A stretch of DNA of 64,000 nt from Octopus vulgaris (taxonomy: Eukaryota). The position numbers were made by a program, and so were the translations under genes. A model generated the notes under the pieces. That model saw nothing but the letters and a program-made list of their open reading frames with translations, was not told the DNA's origin and ran no database searches. This document shows positions 27,554-42,429 of this stretch, one piece after another. How positions within the stretch are numbered: position 1 is the stretch's first letter; every line of letters begins with the position of its first letter. Location: the NCBI GenBank assembly GCA_951406725.2, contig OX597819.1:89528001-89592000 (forward strand), given 5' to 3'.

Positions 27554-28594
27554 ACCGTCCATACTGTAGAGGTGAGCTGTTCACTACAGATGGTCCTTTT
27601 CAAATTAAAAGTCTTGGGAGCTGACTTACGCATTGAAAGTTGTTTCAAATAAATCTTTGGAGTGAAGAATTACCGAAGCATTTGCAGGAAATGTGTCGTA
27701 TATAGTTTTTATATGCGAAGCAAAGACGATGGGTGGCGTATGAAGTATGACCGGATGTACTGAACCGAGCTGCAAATAGAACTTCCGTTATAGTTTTTCA
27801 CGGCCACAGAGAGATCTTATTGATCAGAAAGCAGTGTATGAAAGACTGGATGAAGCAGCGCAAGAATTGTAATGTATGTTCCCAACGTAGAACACATTCA
27901 GTTGTTCTGCAGTTTTTATCTTTCTGAGTAAATGACATGGCCTCTCGAGGTTGACAAAATAATCGTATCTTTCAGGTAGCTGATGTTGTTCCTGCGCGTC
28001 TAAATGGACGAATCTTTGAGATAGTTTGGCATCGTGAATCGCTCCAGGGAGAGTTATCAGGCACTGTCGTTTTTCTTTTAAACAAAATGATTACAAAAAT
28101 TTGTTACGTGTAACAGAAGTATTAGATTGTATCAAAGATAATGTAAATACATCGTGATAGGTAAAATTAATGGATTGCTATTCAGCTGAGCGGCTACTTA
28201 CATCATTAGTGATTGTTTATTCACAGTTTCCGTCCAAGAAAGCTAGCTGTGAGTATACGGTGTTGTTAACGCGCAACGAGGCAGAAATCCATCTAGAGCT
28301 CTCATTAACCGCTACTGGGACGATTTCCGTCTCCTGATATACACTTATTGTGTTTTTAAATGTAGTTTGTCCATAGCAGTTACTATCTTCAGATGAATAC
28401 CGTCGTAAATTTTGCCTATCCCGATGTATTTACATTAATTATGGTACATAATTGTCAATAGAAATCATGTTGTAATTGTTGAGGAATCAGGTCATAGTGG
28501 AACTTGTCACTAGCGAAAAACATGAGTGGATGAATATTCAAATGAATATTGGTGACGGAATTCCCGACAAAACGACAGTTCAACATAAGGTTGC

Positions 28595-28945
28595 GTAAAG
28601 CAAATTGGTTGACAAAAATGATTGCCATGCTAATGTTCAAGTAATACATTTTAACACATGATAAAAACAGTAGCAATTAATAATGAAATGAGAAAATTAT
28701 ACGAAGTCATAAACGAATTCATCTTCCAGAAATATGGAGAAATTCTTATGAATTGCAAATGCTGTAATATTGTCAGAGCTCACGTATCCAGTGAAATTAC
28801 ACTTATAGAAAATATTCTTAAAAACAATAACTTAACATGACTTCTATTTGTGAGGAGGAAAATAAAAAAAGAACTCATTTCACAATGTATGTTAGTTGGT
28901 ATCAACGGATATATATGTTTACGTGAGACGGATTTCTCGGTATGC
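28595..28945 (+). repeat. Old local duplication, copy 2
   Basis: See 25690-26080. Confidence 0.75.
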
Positions 28946-29223
28946 ATGTGTGTGTATATATATAATAATTATTATTATTTGAAGGAATAAAATCCAAACT
29001 TACAGGGAATAAATACTATAATCATTTCTTAAATATAGCCACGAAACACGTATCGTTATTCTACCAATTATATACGTTTTTATTATTTTTTTTTTGCAAT
29101 TTACTTAATCATTGACATTTTATTGTTATTTTAATTCAAATATTTCTATTATATGTAATTTTCTAGATGGTGTAATTTAATTGTTCATTTTGAATTGATA
29201 AAAGGTGGGTTTTTCTAATTTTA

Positions 29224-29266
<43 letters not shown>

Positions 29267-29401
29267 CATAGATGAGGATCAGATAGTCTCCGTATAGAAT
29301 GCACTTATTAGTGCTCAAGAAATTTAAACTTGAGCGGGTACAGGAATAATTGCAGTATAGCAGTAAATGTAGGGACAAGTAAGTTAGACAGATCAATATA
29401 T

Positions 29402-29815
29402 AAAGTATATTAAACACATGAAATGCAAAAAATGTATATATATTTACATACAGAAAGGTCCGACTTACACAAAATACAAATGATATCGTGAATTAAAAGA
29501 GTTGAAGAAAAATATTACAAATCCAGCAGCCGTTACTGGGGGGCTCGGTAGTCCAAATCCATCTTTGAACTTCTTTCCTTTAACGTCTCAAATGTAAGAT
29601 CTCTTCCCTGAAGAAGGAGGTTCGTCTCATCCTGCGATGGGATCAGTCTACAAATATTATTTTGGACCACCGAGCCCCCAGAAACAGCTGTTGGATTTGT
29701 AATACTTTTCTTCAACTCCTTTAATTCTGTAAATCATTTGTATTCTGTGTAAGTCGGACGTTTTTGTATGAAAGCATATATACATTTTTTGTATTTCATG
29801 AATTTAATATACTTT
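29402..29815. repeat. Foldback repeat (arms ~29402-29558 and ~29659-29815) with hammerhead-like motif at 29605-29695
   Basis: Arms are reverse complements. tcc-CTGAAGA-aggaggttcg...cgagccccca-GAA-acagctgt-T-gga. A related partial copy lies at 10320-10515. Confidence 0.75.
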
Positions 29816-30559
29816 CCATGGCACCTTCCCCTCTTCCATTCCAATTCAACCCGGATCCTGCCCTTGCTCTAGATCTCGCTGCTACACCTGTCCTTTCATT
29901 ACCAATACCATCTCCCTCACTGGATCCAACTGGCACACCCTCCACATTAGAAACTATTTCTCCTGCACTTCCTCCAGCCTTATCTATTGCATTAGATGTA
30001 ATCTCTGCAACAAACTCTACAAGATGTTCGACTACTTACGCTTGACAAACCACTCCACCTCTAATATCTCCGTCTTTGGCCTCGCCCTGTACCACGGATC
30101 CACACATTCCCGACTCCGCCTGGAACAGTGTTACATTTTCAGTCTACCAACACAAACTCCTCTCGGACTCAACACAACTCCCTCCTCTCAATGACTCTCT
30201 CTACATCCTCCTTAAAAAATAACTTTTTATCCTATCTTATATTCACTCACTTTTTGACACTTTTATTCGTTGTTTTCGATTTTTTTATCGTTTTTTTCCG
30301 TCGTAATTGTTTATTTTGATACTTTCATTTCATTTTATCTATTTATTACCTTTTTCTGTTGTATTAATTTTTTAATAATTGCATTAATTTCAAATTTATC
30401 CCTTTAAATTTTGTTTTTAATCTTGTATGTTATTTTTTATCTATCTTTTTATTGTTTTATTAATATTTTTTAATTGATTTTGTTTTTATTTTTTATTTCT
30501 TCATTTTGTATTTTTTCTCGTTTCTCTATTATTTTTATCACTCTTATTTTATTTAATTT

Positions 30560-31055
30560 TTATATATACACGCACACACACGCACACATACATACACTCG
30601 TACATACACGCCCGCGCACGCACATGAACACACAGCACATACACGCACACATACATACGAACATATACAACACGTACATAAACGCACACACACACGCGCA
30701 TGCACGCATATACACACACACACACACACACAGTACACATACACACGAACATATACAAGACGTACAAAAACGCGCACACACACGCATACACACACACGCA
30801 CACACGCACGCACAGACACACATGCACGCACATAGGAACACACGCACAACCCCACACACGCACATACACACACTCACATGTACACATACGTGCACACATG
30901 CACACACACACATACATACACACACACATATACACACACACGCACGCACACAGACATGAACTCACATATACCTCCTATACACACCACACGCACACAACAC
31001 ACGCATACATGCACAAACACACACGCACATACACATATACGCACACATACACATT
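30560..31055. repeat. Degenerate (CA)n/(CACG)n/(CATA)n compound microsatellite
   Basis: Visible dinucleotide-rich tract, one of dozens in the window. Confidence 0.95.
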
Positions 31056-31795
31056 TATAAGGGAAATTTTACATGCTTTTTTTTCATTATGTATGTATAT
31101 AAAAACGTAGAGAGAATCAGAGAGGAAGAGCATGTGGGAGAAATACTTTTTTCCTGGCGTTACGGAAAATAGAGCACTGCGTCAAAAACCCACCAAACCT
31201 TTTTATAAAACTATGAAAGTGAGTTTTACGTGCGTATGTACTGAAAAGTAACCATACACTGCAAATGATTACCTCTGCTACCTACTTACTAAGTGGTTAT
31301 GATTAGGGGAAATACCAGTTTTGCCATAAGTGGAAATAAAAATGTGCCGAGTGAGACAAAAACTGAAATTTACTTTGGTTTTTGAATACGAAAAAAATTT
31401 CTCCTCACTCATTGGTTAAAATTGTCTCGAGGTTTGTCTCTAACGACAGACGTGATCGGAAACATTTCATGCAATGGAGAAGAGTTGTCGGCTGCTCATT
31501 AATACAATGGAAAAACAAAACATAGACATAAACTTTACAAAACGTGTGGAGATGGACGTGACCAAGTTACATAAAAGCAAGCAGGGGACGGGAAGTCAGA
31601 GCGTGATACAATAAACATATTGAAAAATTCATAAAGACTAAAGAAATACAGAATATTATATGTGTGTGTGTGTGTGTGGGTATATATATGTATGTATATA
31701 TATGTGTGTGTATATATATATGTATGTACATGTAAATATATGCGTACACAAATATATATATATAAATATATATGTACATGTATGCATATATATAC

Positions 31796-31864
<69 letters not shown>

Positions 31865-32446
31865 GGTAAACAGTAAAAATAATTACAGACAAGGACAGGA
31901 ACATGAAACGCCACAGAGACGACACAAGAACCACAGGACGGGACATTCGAAGCCCTCAGTCATCAGTCAAGAACCAGATCATCTTAGCAATTTCGGCTGA
32001 TTATATATATATATATATATATATTGTGTGTGTGTTGTGCGTGTATGTGTGTGTATATGTATATATTTACAAGTATATGTATATAAACAATAATTATATA
32101 CATAGATGATGATAATGGTGTTAATAGTGATCATGATGACTACGACGACGACGACGACGACGATGATGACGACGACGACGACGACGACGACGATGATGAT
32201 GATGATGATGATAGAGCATTTGTGTCTCGTGGATACTGGAATCATTCCACATAAATAAGGTAGCTCCAGCATTGCTGCACTGTGTCCAAAATTGATAACG
32301 ATCATCTGATTCAGACATGTTAAAACTTCTGACCCCGTATTAAACCTACTAATGATGCTAACGGTGGATTCATTTAAGAGGTGTGATAAAAGGATTCTCA
32401 AGTTTATTTGAACCAATTTTGTTTTTAAAATGCAGATTTCTTTGAC

Positions 32447-32671
32447 GAGCTATGTGTCTTTTTCTAAATTCATGCAAATGACTTTAAAAAAACTGACGCA
32501 CTTTGTATGCATGCATGCATGCATGTATGTATGTATGTATGTATGTATGTATGCATGCATGCATGCATGTATGTATGTATGTATGTATGTATGTATGTAT
32601 GTATGTATGTATGTATGTATGCATGCATGTATGTATGTATGTATGCATGCATGCATGCATGTATACATGTA

Positions 32672-32707
<36 letters not shown>

Positions 32708-32840
32708 TATACATACATACATTCATACATACATGCACAGACATATGCATGCGCACACATACAGACACACGTATACACACACGGATTCATGCACATATAT
32801 TTACACACAAATAAAAAGAATGATAAAATACACACTAATT

Positions 32841-32901
<61 letters not shown>

Positions 32902-33443
32902 ATATAAAGAAATAAAGCATTAAAGATTTTCTGTCTCGATTGAGCTGAGTTCTCCAAAACTCTGTTCGCTTCATTCATTCGAGTGCAATCGAATGAACCA
33001 ATAAGTTTGGTGCTGTGTTGGTATTGGTTCGTTGATTATGTAGAGCATGCGGTGTATGGTTTCATCTACGTAGACTGTGCGCTATGTGAGCGATTACTAT
33101 CAAAATTTCGTGTGTTGGTTATGTAGGAGCACGTATGCTATTGAGAGCTAGTGTCTTTTTCTAAATTCATACAAATGACTTTAAAAAAACTGACGCACTT
33201 TGTATGCATGCATGCATGCATGTATGTATGTATGTATGTATGTATGTATGTATGTATGTATGTATGTATGTATGTATGTATGTATGTATGTATGTATGTA
33301 TGTATGTATGTATGTATGTATGTATGCATGCATGTATGTATGTATGCATACATACATACATACATACATACATACATACATACATACATACATACATACA
33401 TACATACATACATACATACATACATACATACATACAGACATAT

Positions 33444-33507
<64 letters not shown>

Positions 33508-33749
33508 ATATAAAGAAATAAAGCATTAAAGATTTTCTGTCTCGATTGAGCTGAGTTCTCCAAAACTCTGTTCGCTTCATTCATTCGAGTGCAATCGAAT
33601 GAACCAATAAGTTTGGTGCTGTGTTGGTATTGGTTCGTTGATTATGTAGAGCATGCGGTGTATGGTTTCATCTACGTAGACTGTGCGCTATGTGAGCGAT
33701 TACTATCAAAATTTCGTGTGTTGGTTATGTAGGAGCACGTATGCTATTG
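32447..33749 (+). repeat. Recent tandem duplication, two units (~32447-33143 and ~33145-33749)
   Basis: Unique parts (gtatataaagaaataaagc...gcacgtatgctattg) appear identical. Only the microsatellite tracts differ substantially. Confidence 0.9.
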
Positions 33750-34059
33750 GAAGGTTCTTGAATAAAATAACGTGGTCTGTTTGTGTGTATACTATTTAAT
33801 GTGTGCAATTGAATTGAAAGTGTCTTATATACGATGTATCTTATATATTATGTGGATTGTACTTGGCAGAGCTTTTCGCAATGTGTATCACGTTGTGAAG
33901 TCTTTGTATGGTTTAAATTTCTTTTGTTCATATTTTATAACTAATGATTCTTTTATTACCGCTACTGTCTATGTTTGCATGCTCCGCAGTTCACTTTCAA
34001 GATGATCTTTCAAGATCATCGTATTTTGATAGGCTCTCCATCTCCTTCCGGCTAATATT

Positions 34060-34500
34060 TAGCAAAATGTAATTGTGTGTTTATCAGTATAGAGGTACTT
34101 CGGTTTCAGTTCTTAATATATCTAAGCAGTTCGACAACATTTCCTTGTCAGCTTTGGCAATCACATCCTATATGATTGTGGTCAGGTTGTTTTGCACAGC
34201 GTTTTATTAATATTTATACAAGCTCGTGTCCATTTTCACGTCAAGGTGTTGGTATATTGCCCAGATAGCCGCTAAATGGATCGTGTCTATGAATATACTC
34301 TGACTTGGCAGGGACTTGGCAACCGGAAATGACGAAATGAATTGTCTTATTGTACTGAATTCATAGTCTGAATTTAATGTTACTATCTTATGCTATTTTA
34401 TTTCTTTAGTTGTTTATGGTTAGGTATTGGTCTAACCCAGCTAGAACCTGGCGTATTTCTGGTTTTTAACCTACTGCTTTTGAGTAACTGTTAAACTTTC
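34060..34500 (-). mobile_element. R4/Dong-clade LINE remnant (RLE region)
   Basis: TIHFVISGCQVPAKSEYIHRHD is a zinc-knuckle/RHD motif. Confidence 0.6.
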
Positions 34501-34704
34501 ACTCTAGCTTATTCCCCACATGTTGAATGAAGCGGGATATTACTCATGGAGAGGTTTTTTTTTCTCCATTTTGTTTTCAGAATAATATATTTTTTTATTT
34601 CGTTTTGATTATGTATTTTGCATTATTTTAAACTTTTCTGATGCGTTAATCAATCTAAATCTTTTACTTCTGTGTACTTAGTTTCTTGTATGTATTCTGT
34701 TTCT

Positions 34705-34769
<65 letters not shown>

Positions 34770-34859
34770 TGTATGTATGTATGTATGTGTGTGTATGTAT
34801 GTATGTATGTATGTATGTATGTATGTATGTATGTATGTATGTATGTATGTATGTATGTA

Positions 34860-34890
<31 letters not shown>

Positions 34891-35194
34891 ATGTATGTAT
34901 GTATGTATGTATGTATGTATGTGTGTGTGTGTATGTGTGTACAAAAAACGTTTTCGTTTTGTTTTTGTTTCCTCGCATGTCCTTATACTTATCAGTTTCC
35001 CTTTCCTTACTTTTTAAGAATTTTTCTAGTCCTACTGTTATTATCATTTAATAATATTTTATTTGCTGCAGACCTGTTATCCTCGTGTGTAGGGCAAGCA
35101 TATTCTGACTATATCAGCTTTGCATTGGTGGCTTTCTAGTAGTTTATTATTATTTCATATACGCTCAACAAATTAAAATGTTGGAAAAGAAAAA

Positions 35195-36040
35195 TTCCTA
35201 ACATCGAGCTACAACAAGTAACCTTAGATGCCAAGAACCCTCTGAAGTATCCTAGCTGTCCCTAATAACAGTTCTCTGGAGTTGTACTAAACTAGGTTTT
35301 ATGCCTGTTTCTTCTATCCATCAGCTCAAATCTTTAGGGATAGTGCCTAATGCACCTATAACTACAGAGATACATTTTACCCGCACTTTTCGTAGTTTCT
35401 GTAATTCAATGGCTATGTATTGGTGCTTTGCTATTTTCTCTATGCCTTTCGTATTGGCATTCTCATCATTTGGAACCGTAAAGTCAATTATCTCGCACTT
35501 TCTATTTTCTTTATCTACTACTACTAAATCAGCTTCTATTACTCTGTCAGTCTGAATGCTAAAGTTCCACAACATCTTATATTTTTTACTTTCCAGTACC
35601 TTCCTAGGTTCCTGTTCCTACCATTCATCAGTATGGTCAAATCCTAGCTTTCTACATAACTCCCAGTGGATTACTCTCCCTAGGCTGTCATGTATTTCCT
35701 TGTATTTTTTCTGTGCCAGCACGCTACATTCACTTACTATATGAGTAACACTTACCTCTTTTTATTTGCATAACCTACATTGAAATCTACTTGGTTTTTG
35801 TTTATTTTGACTTTTATCCAATTAGTCCTTAATGCTTGATCTTGTGCAGCTACTAACAAATTTTGTCTACTTTGTCAGCCTTCCTTTCTGCAACCATAAC
35901 CGTGTCTCATTACTATTTCCTGCAACTATTTTTGGAAATCTACCGTGCAAAGCCTTCTCTTGACAGTCAGATAACTTTTGTTCTTTTTTACTGGTTTTTA
36001 GCTTATAGCAGCTCTTGATAAAATTTCTTCACTATTACCT
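35195..36040 (-). mobile_element. R4/Dong-clade LINE 3' fragment
   Basis: LWNFSIQTDRVIEADLVVVDKENRKCEIIDFTVP...EKIAKHQ...VVIGALGTIPK is a restriction-like endonuclease domain. Confidence 0.85.
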
Positions 36041-36074
36041 ACATAGGAGGTTATATCTCTTCTAGATATTGTGT

Positions 36075-36305
36075 CTACCGGGGGTTTGTACTGCCTGCCA
36101 AGTTACAAGGATCTCAGGCAGAAATTACTTTATGCAGTATGAGTGCATTTCCAAGTAAAACTGATTTTTGTAATACACCAAAATTGTAGAGTATTTCTAA
36201 AGTTTCCAGATGCTTATTCAGGTTGGGCGGTATTAAACCCAATGCTCTGATGACAACGGGGACAGCCTTTATGTTTGACTCTCGTAGCTGCCACATCTTG
36301 GCGAT
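36075..36305 (-). mobile_element. R4/Dong-clade LINE extreme 3' fragment (different subfamily)
   Basis: AKMWQL...VPVVIRALGLIP...LQKSVLLGNALILHKVI*. Confidence 0.75.
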
Positions 36306-36314
36306 CCTCAGGTC

Positions 36315-37000
36315 TACATAATGAGCCGTTCCAGTTAATACGATTTTTTGCACTTCCTGTAGGGATGGTAAGCCTGGAATCATTTTCAAATAGGTTTCAG
36401 TACCTTTTTTTTTATCATTCCTAGAGATCCTACAATCACTGGTACTGTAGTCACCTTGAGATGCCACATTTTTCAATTTCCATTAGCAGGTCTTTATATT
36501 TACTAATCTTGTCAAATTCTTTCGCCGCTATATTGTGATCACAGGGAATACTCATGTCTATTAATAAACACATCCTTTTTGTCTGATCTTTTATGATAAT
36601 ATCCGGTTTATTGGCTTTTATAGTCCTGTCGGTCTGCACGGGGAAGTCCCATAGAATCGACACATTTTCTCTCCCAGTCACAGCTTCAGGATGACGTTTA
36701 TACCATTTGTCAGCGGTTTTGATTTTATAATGCCGACATATTGTCCAATATAAATACTGGCCGACTCTATCATGTCTTGTTTTATATTTTGCAGGTGCTA
36801 AGACTCTACACCCTGAGATTAGGTGGTCTATTGTTTCAATCTCATCGTTACAGAATCGGCATTTTGGGTCAGCTCCATTTTTCATCACATTGGCTTAGTA
36901 GTTCCGGGTTAATAAGCTTTGGTCTTGAGCAGCTAATATGAAACCTTCACTCTCTGCTTTTAGCCCTGAACTTCGTAACTTCGTAACCATTGGTGCGTTC
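36315..37000 (-). mobile_element. R4/Dong-clade LINE fragment (CCHC plus RLE)
   Basis: CRFCNDEIETIDHLISGC...RHDRV...LWDFPVQTDRTIKANKPDIII...LIDMSIP...KISKYKDL. Confidence 0.9.
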
Positions 37001-37020
37001 TTGTTTTTGTTGTTGTTGTG

Positions 37021-37070
<50 letters not shown>

Positions 37071-37460
37071 GAGTGAGAGAGCAATGCATGCCATCAAAGT
37101 GACACTGAGGTAAAAATATATGATACCCAATATACCCATCATAACTACCCGTCTGATAAGTGTACACCAGGCACATGCATCACAACCATGTATGCGCGAC
37201 ATGGTGACCTTATGTCAAAACACACAGCATATGACCTTGCATATAGGGCCCAGTTAGAATTTTCTTCAGGTTGAGTAGCCCATCCCGCTCAAAAGGTCCC
37301 TGAATTAAGGTTGTTTAAGGATGATGAACGAAACATCTATGCTATCAGAGGTGAATTATTCAGGCCCCAAAGAATTCCTTTCAGCACACGGCTATGATAC
37401 TCCTCCACTATTCCTGCTCATGATCAGATATGCATATTTTGTCAGCCACTAAGGGACATG
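37071..37460 (-). mobile_element. (AAT)n-associated retroelement 3' end
   Basis: Reverse complement of part of 57061-57615. The 3' end ctctcactc abuts (AAT)n. Confidence 0.75.
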
Positions 37461-38310
37461 ATGATTTTAATATAATGTCGACCTCACTGCATGGTAATAT
37501 TCTGTTTGAACAGTTATTGTTTTTAATAAATTCATAATTTGATTAAATAAAAAGCATGTCCTCCAACAATTGCATCATAACATTATCCTCAGAAGTTGAG
37601 AGTAGTAGAGAGCGAAGGGAAGAAAGAGAGGGAGAGAGAAAGAGAGAAAGACAAGAAAGAGAAGAAGAAGAAGAGAGAGAGAAAGAAATTCTACAACAGT
37701 TAAACAGCAACAACGTCCTTGTAACAGCCACCAACGCTGCTAGCATCGCCACTGTGGTCATTGACGTCATAATCAACACTAGTACTATTAGGGTTAGGGT
37801 TAGGGTATTCATGTAACACGAACAATGTGCAGACATGAACATCTACACTACCATTTGCATCACTAGTAGCAACGGCAACAGAAACAGCAAGTCAATAAGA
37901 GCAACAGTAATAACAACTAATGCAAAAAGCGACAACGAATAACAGTAATGAGGACACCACAAGAAAGTATATACTATTTGCTCCACAGCCAGTCAATGAT
38001 CTTTCATTCCAGTGGAGGGAAAAAGGAGACCGAGACCATTAAATGCAAGTGTTAGAGATTTATCTAGAGATGATTGGAAGAAGTTTAAAATAAGACAAAA
38101 AAATAAGATAAAACATCCCTGACTTGAGTTCAAACAATTTCCATCATCAGAAAAATCCCTCTCAAAGAAATGTAGGACACAAATAGAATTATTTCCTTTG
38201 TAATCAAGCAATCTCAAAAACTGCATCTTGAATTCCACAAAACAATATCTTACAATGCTACCCCTGTTATCAAATCTAAGAAGCACAAATCATTAATTCA
38301 AAAGCAATCT

Positions 38311-38506
38311 AGCTAGAAAATCTCTGCAAGAAATGAATGTGGTAACTATATTGAGAAGTAGTGTTCATCGGCACTACAATATGGCTGTTCCGTAGGAACC
38401 GACGTTATTGCAGTTCTTGTATTACCAGGGCAGCCATATTGAAGTGGTGATAAACATTACTTCTCAGTGTAGTTAGTGCTTTCATTTCTAATAGAGATTT
38501 TCTAAC
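38311..38506. repeat. Imperfect palindrome / foldback element
   Basis: tagaaaatctct..agaaatgaa..taacta.a.tgagaagta.tgtt.atc..cact.caatatggctg is mirrored on the other arm. Confidence 0.75.
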
Positions 38507-39239
38507 TAGCTACTTTGCTTGTTGCAAGATCAGTGACTGGTTGTCACTTATTTTTCTATATATTGCGAGCTGAAGCGGATTACTACTATGTCTAGCGGAC
38601 GGGTGTCCGCCACTCAGGATAAGCACAAATAGCTTGAAACCGAACGGTTTGGCGGTCCCATCGTCTGCTACAAGATGGTAGGAGTTGTCTCCCCTGCTTG
38701 CTATATATATCGAGTGCAGGTTGCATAGATAACCAGTTGGAGGAGGTTAAAAACGGTCTGAACGTCGGTTCTTACTGTATTTGGGGCAAATAACCAAAGC
38801 CAGTCACCTTTATGTAGTCTACAGAGACCAAACCAGTGGTGGAGGAAGATGAATATGAAGAAGTCATAACTGAACGGGAATATCACTAGAGTTCCAGTGA
38901 TATGATGGTTCTGGTGTTGCTTGTATCTGCAGAACTTTCAGATATCTCCTTAGTATTTTTGCTTCGAAGAGTGAGCAAATACTGGTTTCAGTCGCAGACA
39001 AAGGATATGTTTACGGAAAAAGAGACCACTTCTGAGTGTTCTGCTTTTTGGGAAAGAGGACGAACACCTCTTTCTATTGCTGCTACAACTATCACAACTG
39101 CTACAAATGAATCTACATCGGCAGTCAAAGAGCAATTACAGCATTAAAAAAAGACATCTTCTACAAAGACTACAATAACAAGAGCAAAAATCAGAAATAA
39201 TAATAATCACAGAAAAACAATGCACTGATTTGGAGGGTT

Positions 39240-39940
39240 AATGGAGGGTATGAGCGACTTTGGTCTGGGAACGATTCTGAAAATTAACGAGAACAGATCT
39301 ACCAGTCTCTTCTAAAAGATATTTAGGTCAGGGATCACGGAAGACTTTCCAGAGCTCTTGGCTTCATAGAGCTACAGGAAGCATAGCTGGTTCGTAACAA
39401 ATTGTACAGGCACAGAAGTGCCAAAACCCGACCTTGTTTGAGTTGTAGGCAAAGCGACGGAACAGTCTTTCAGTGTCCGTGTGCTGCCAACCTGTGGAGA
39501 ACAGCTGCTTGTCAGGTGCAGGACGAATTTAATCAACAACTAAATTTCTCGTGAAGATCGATCTACCTCATTTCATTGGCAAAGTAGAGTTTCTAATCTT
39601 CCCCGTCAACGATCACGAACAACACTTCTGATGGAAACAAGGAGAGATAACCCATATTGACAACATGCAAATAATTTGCTACATTCTGCTAAATCAAGCA
39701 AAGTTAGATACCCTGGTGTACAGTTTGGAATTAGTAAAAGAAAAGGTAGAGTTGCTTGGTTTGCAAACACCATATTTCTATATTGCTCCATCTTCATATG
39801 AAGTATCTTTCTTCTCTTTTTTTTTCTCTGACGGGAGAAAAGTGTTTATTTCTAAAATGATATCAGTGGTCTCATGCAAGAGATTGGCTGTGACTAAGAC
39901 TCAGGAGAGTGGCGGCTGTTCATGGACTCTACTAAAATGA
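39240..39940 (+). mobile_element. Heavily decayed RTE-like LINE fragment
   Basis: Residual APE-like NEN segment and RT-like LDTLVYSLELVKEKVELLGLQ...KTK-type segment. Confidence 0.45.
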
Positions 39941-40297
39941 ATCTTAAAGCTGCCTTACAGTACAATACAAATGAGAACCTTCAATTCACTCGATACATGC
40001 AATAACGAGATTTATGAATTCATAGAACTACTGCAAAGCCCTATCAAGCGCGAATGGCGTACACGGAATATTTGTAATGGCTTACTTATTGCTTTCCAGT
40101 TGGACTAAGAGAGAAAGAGGAAGCATGTGTACTTTTAGTGCTTATGAAATAGAAGGAGTGATTAAAAGTAGCGTACTTGACAATCTACAAACTGAAGATA
40201 TTGTTGGTGAATAATGTACGAAAGGAATAAGCGACTATATAGAATTGAAGAAGTAACTCACGAATATATTGTGCAACACCCTGCTCAAGTCAACACT

Positions 40298-41136
40298 CGA
40301 TCAAAAGGTTCCTGAACTGGTTCTATAGCGCGCCACCAGAGGGCAGCACATGGTTGTGCCAAGTGACATCGCTGTGATTACAAATATGCTGTAGTCTGCG
40401 AGTTTTGTCATGGACAGGAAGTTGGAACAAAGAGCCAGCATGATATTTTGCGTTAAACTTAGGGAGTTTGCTACAGAGACATTGAACATGTTTCGGCAAG
40501 CTTACGGCGACGAGGCAATGAGCCTTACACCGTATTTCGAGTAGCACGGGTGCTTCAAAAGCGGAATTACGTTTCTGGAAGACGATGAGCGATCTGAAAG
40601 ACCTGCCACGAGCGTCACCCCCGGAAATGTGGAGAAAATACTTCAGCTTATGTATGAGGATCGTCGGAGGATAATCAACGACATTACTGATGTTGGTCTG
40701 TCGTTTGGGTCCGTGCAGGCAATCTTAACCTCCACGAAATATTGGATTCTTCACAACGACAATGCACCCAGTCATCGAGGCTCTCATCACTCGTGAGTTT
40801 CTCACTAAAACAACATGGTATCGCTTCCACGCCCGCCCTATTCGCTAGATTTAGTATCTGCGGACTTCCATCACTTCCTCAAAAGGAAAATGCAGTTAGT
40901 TTAAAAGCTCACTGTTTTAATACTGTTGTCAATATCCAGGGCGAATCGTAGAAGGTCCTCAACTCGTTTACTGAAAACGACTTCCAGGCCGGATTCCAAA
41001 AGTGGAAGGAACGCTGGGACCGGTGTATTGCTGCACATGGTGACTATTTCGAAGGAGATGATGTAAAAACTTAAGTAAATAAGTTATTTTTTTTTATTAA
41101 ATATAGTTAGTCTGGGAACTTTTTGATACCACCTCG
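40298..41136 (+). mobile_element. Internally deleted mariner transposon (transposase pseudogene 40410-41074)
   Basis: MDRKLEQRASMIFCVKL...AYGDEAMS...LEDDERSERP, WILHNDNAPSHR, PPYSLDLVSADF, FQKWKERWDRCIAAHGDYFEGD. 3' TIR agtctgggaactttttgataccacctcg-TA and a partial 5' TIR. Confidence 0.92.
40330..40348 (+). promoter_or_regulatory. Strong CTCF-like motif in the mariner 5' subterminal region
   Basis: GCGCCACCAGAGGGCAGCA matches the CTCF core CCASYAGRKGGCRS with no mismatch. Confidence 0.6.
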
Positions 41137-41139
41137 TAT

Positions 41140-42427
<1,288 letters not shown>

Positions 42428-42429
42428 TA

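Noticed and set aside
31950-32003. Minus-strand GAAA...CTGATGA hammerhead-like words
   Set aside because: Stems I and III cannot be formed with the sequence present, and the element is truncated by (TA)n.
37788-37805. (TTAGGG)3 interstitial telomeric repeat
   Set aside because: Only three units in a low-complexity region, not significant alone.
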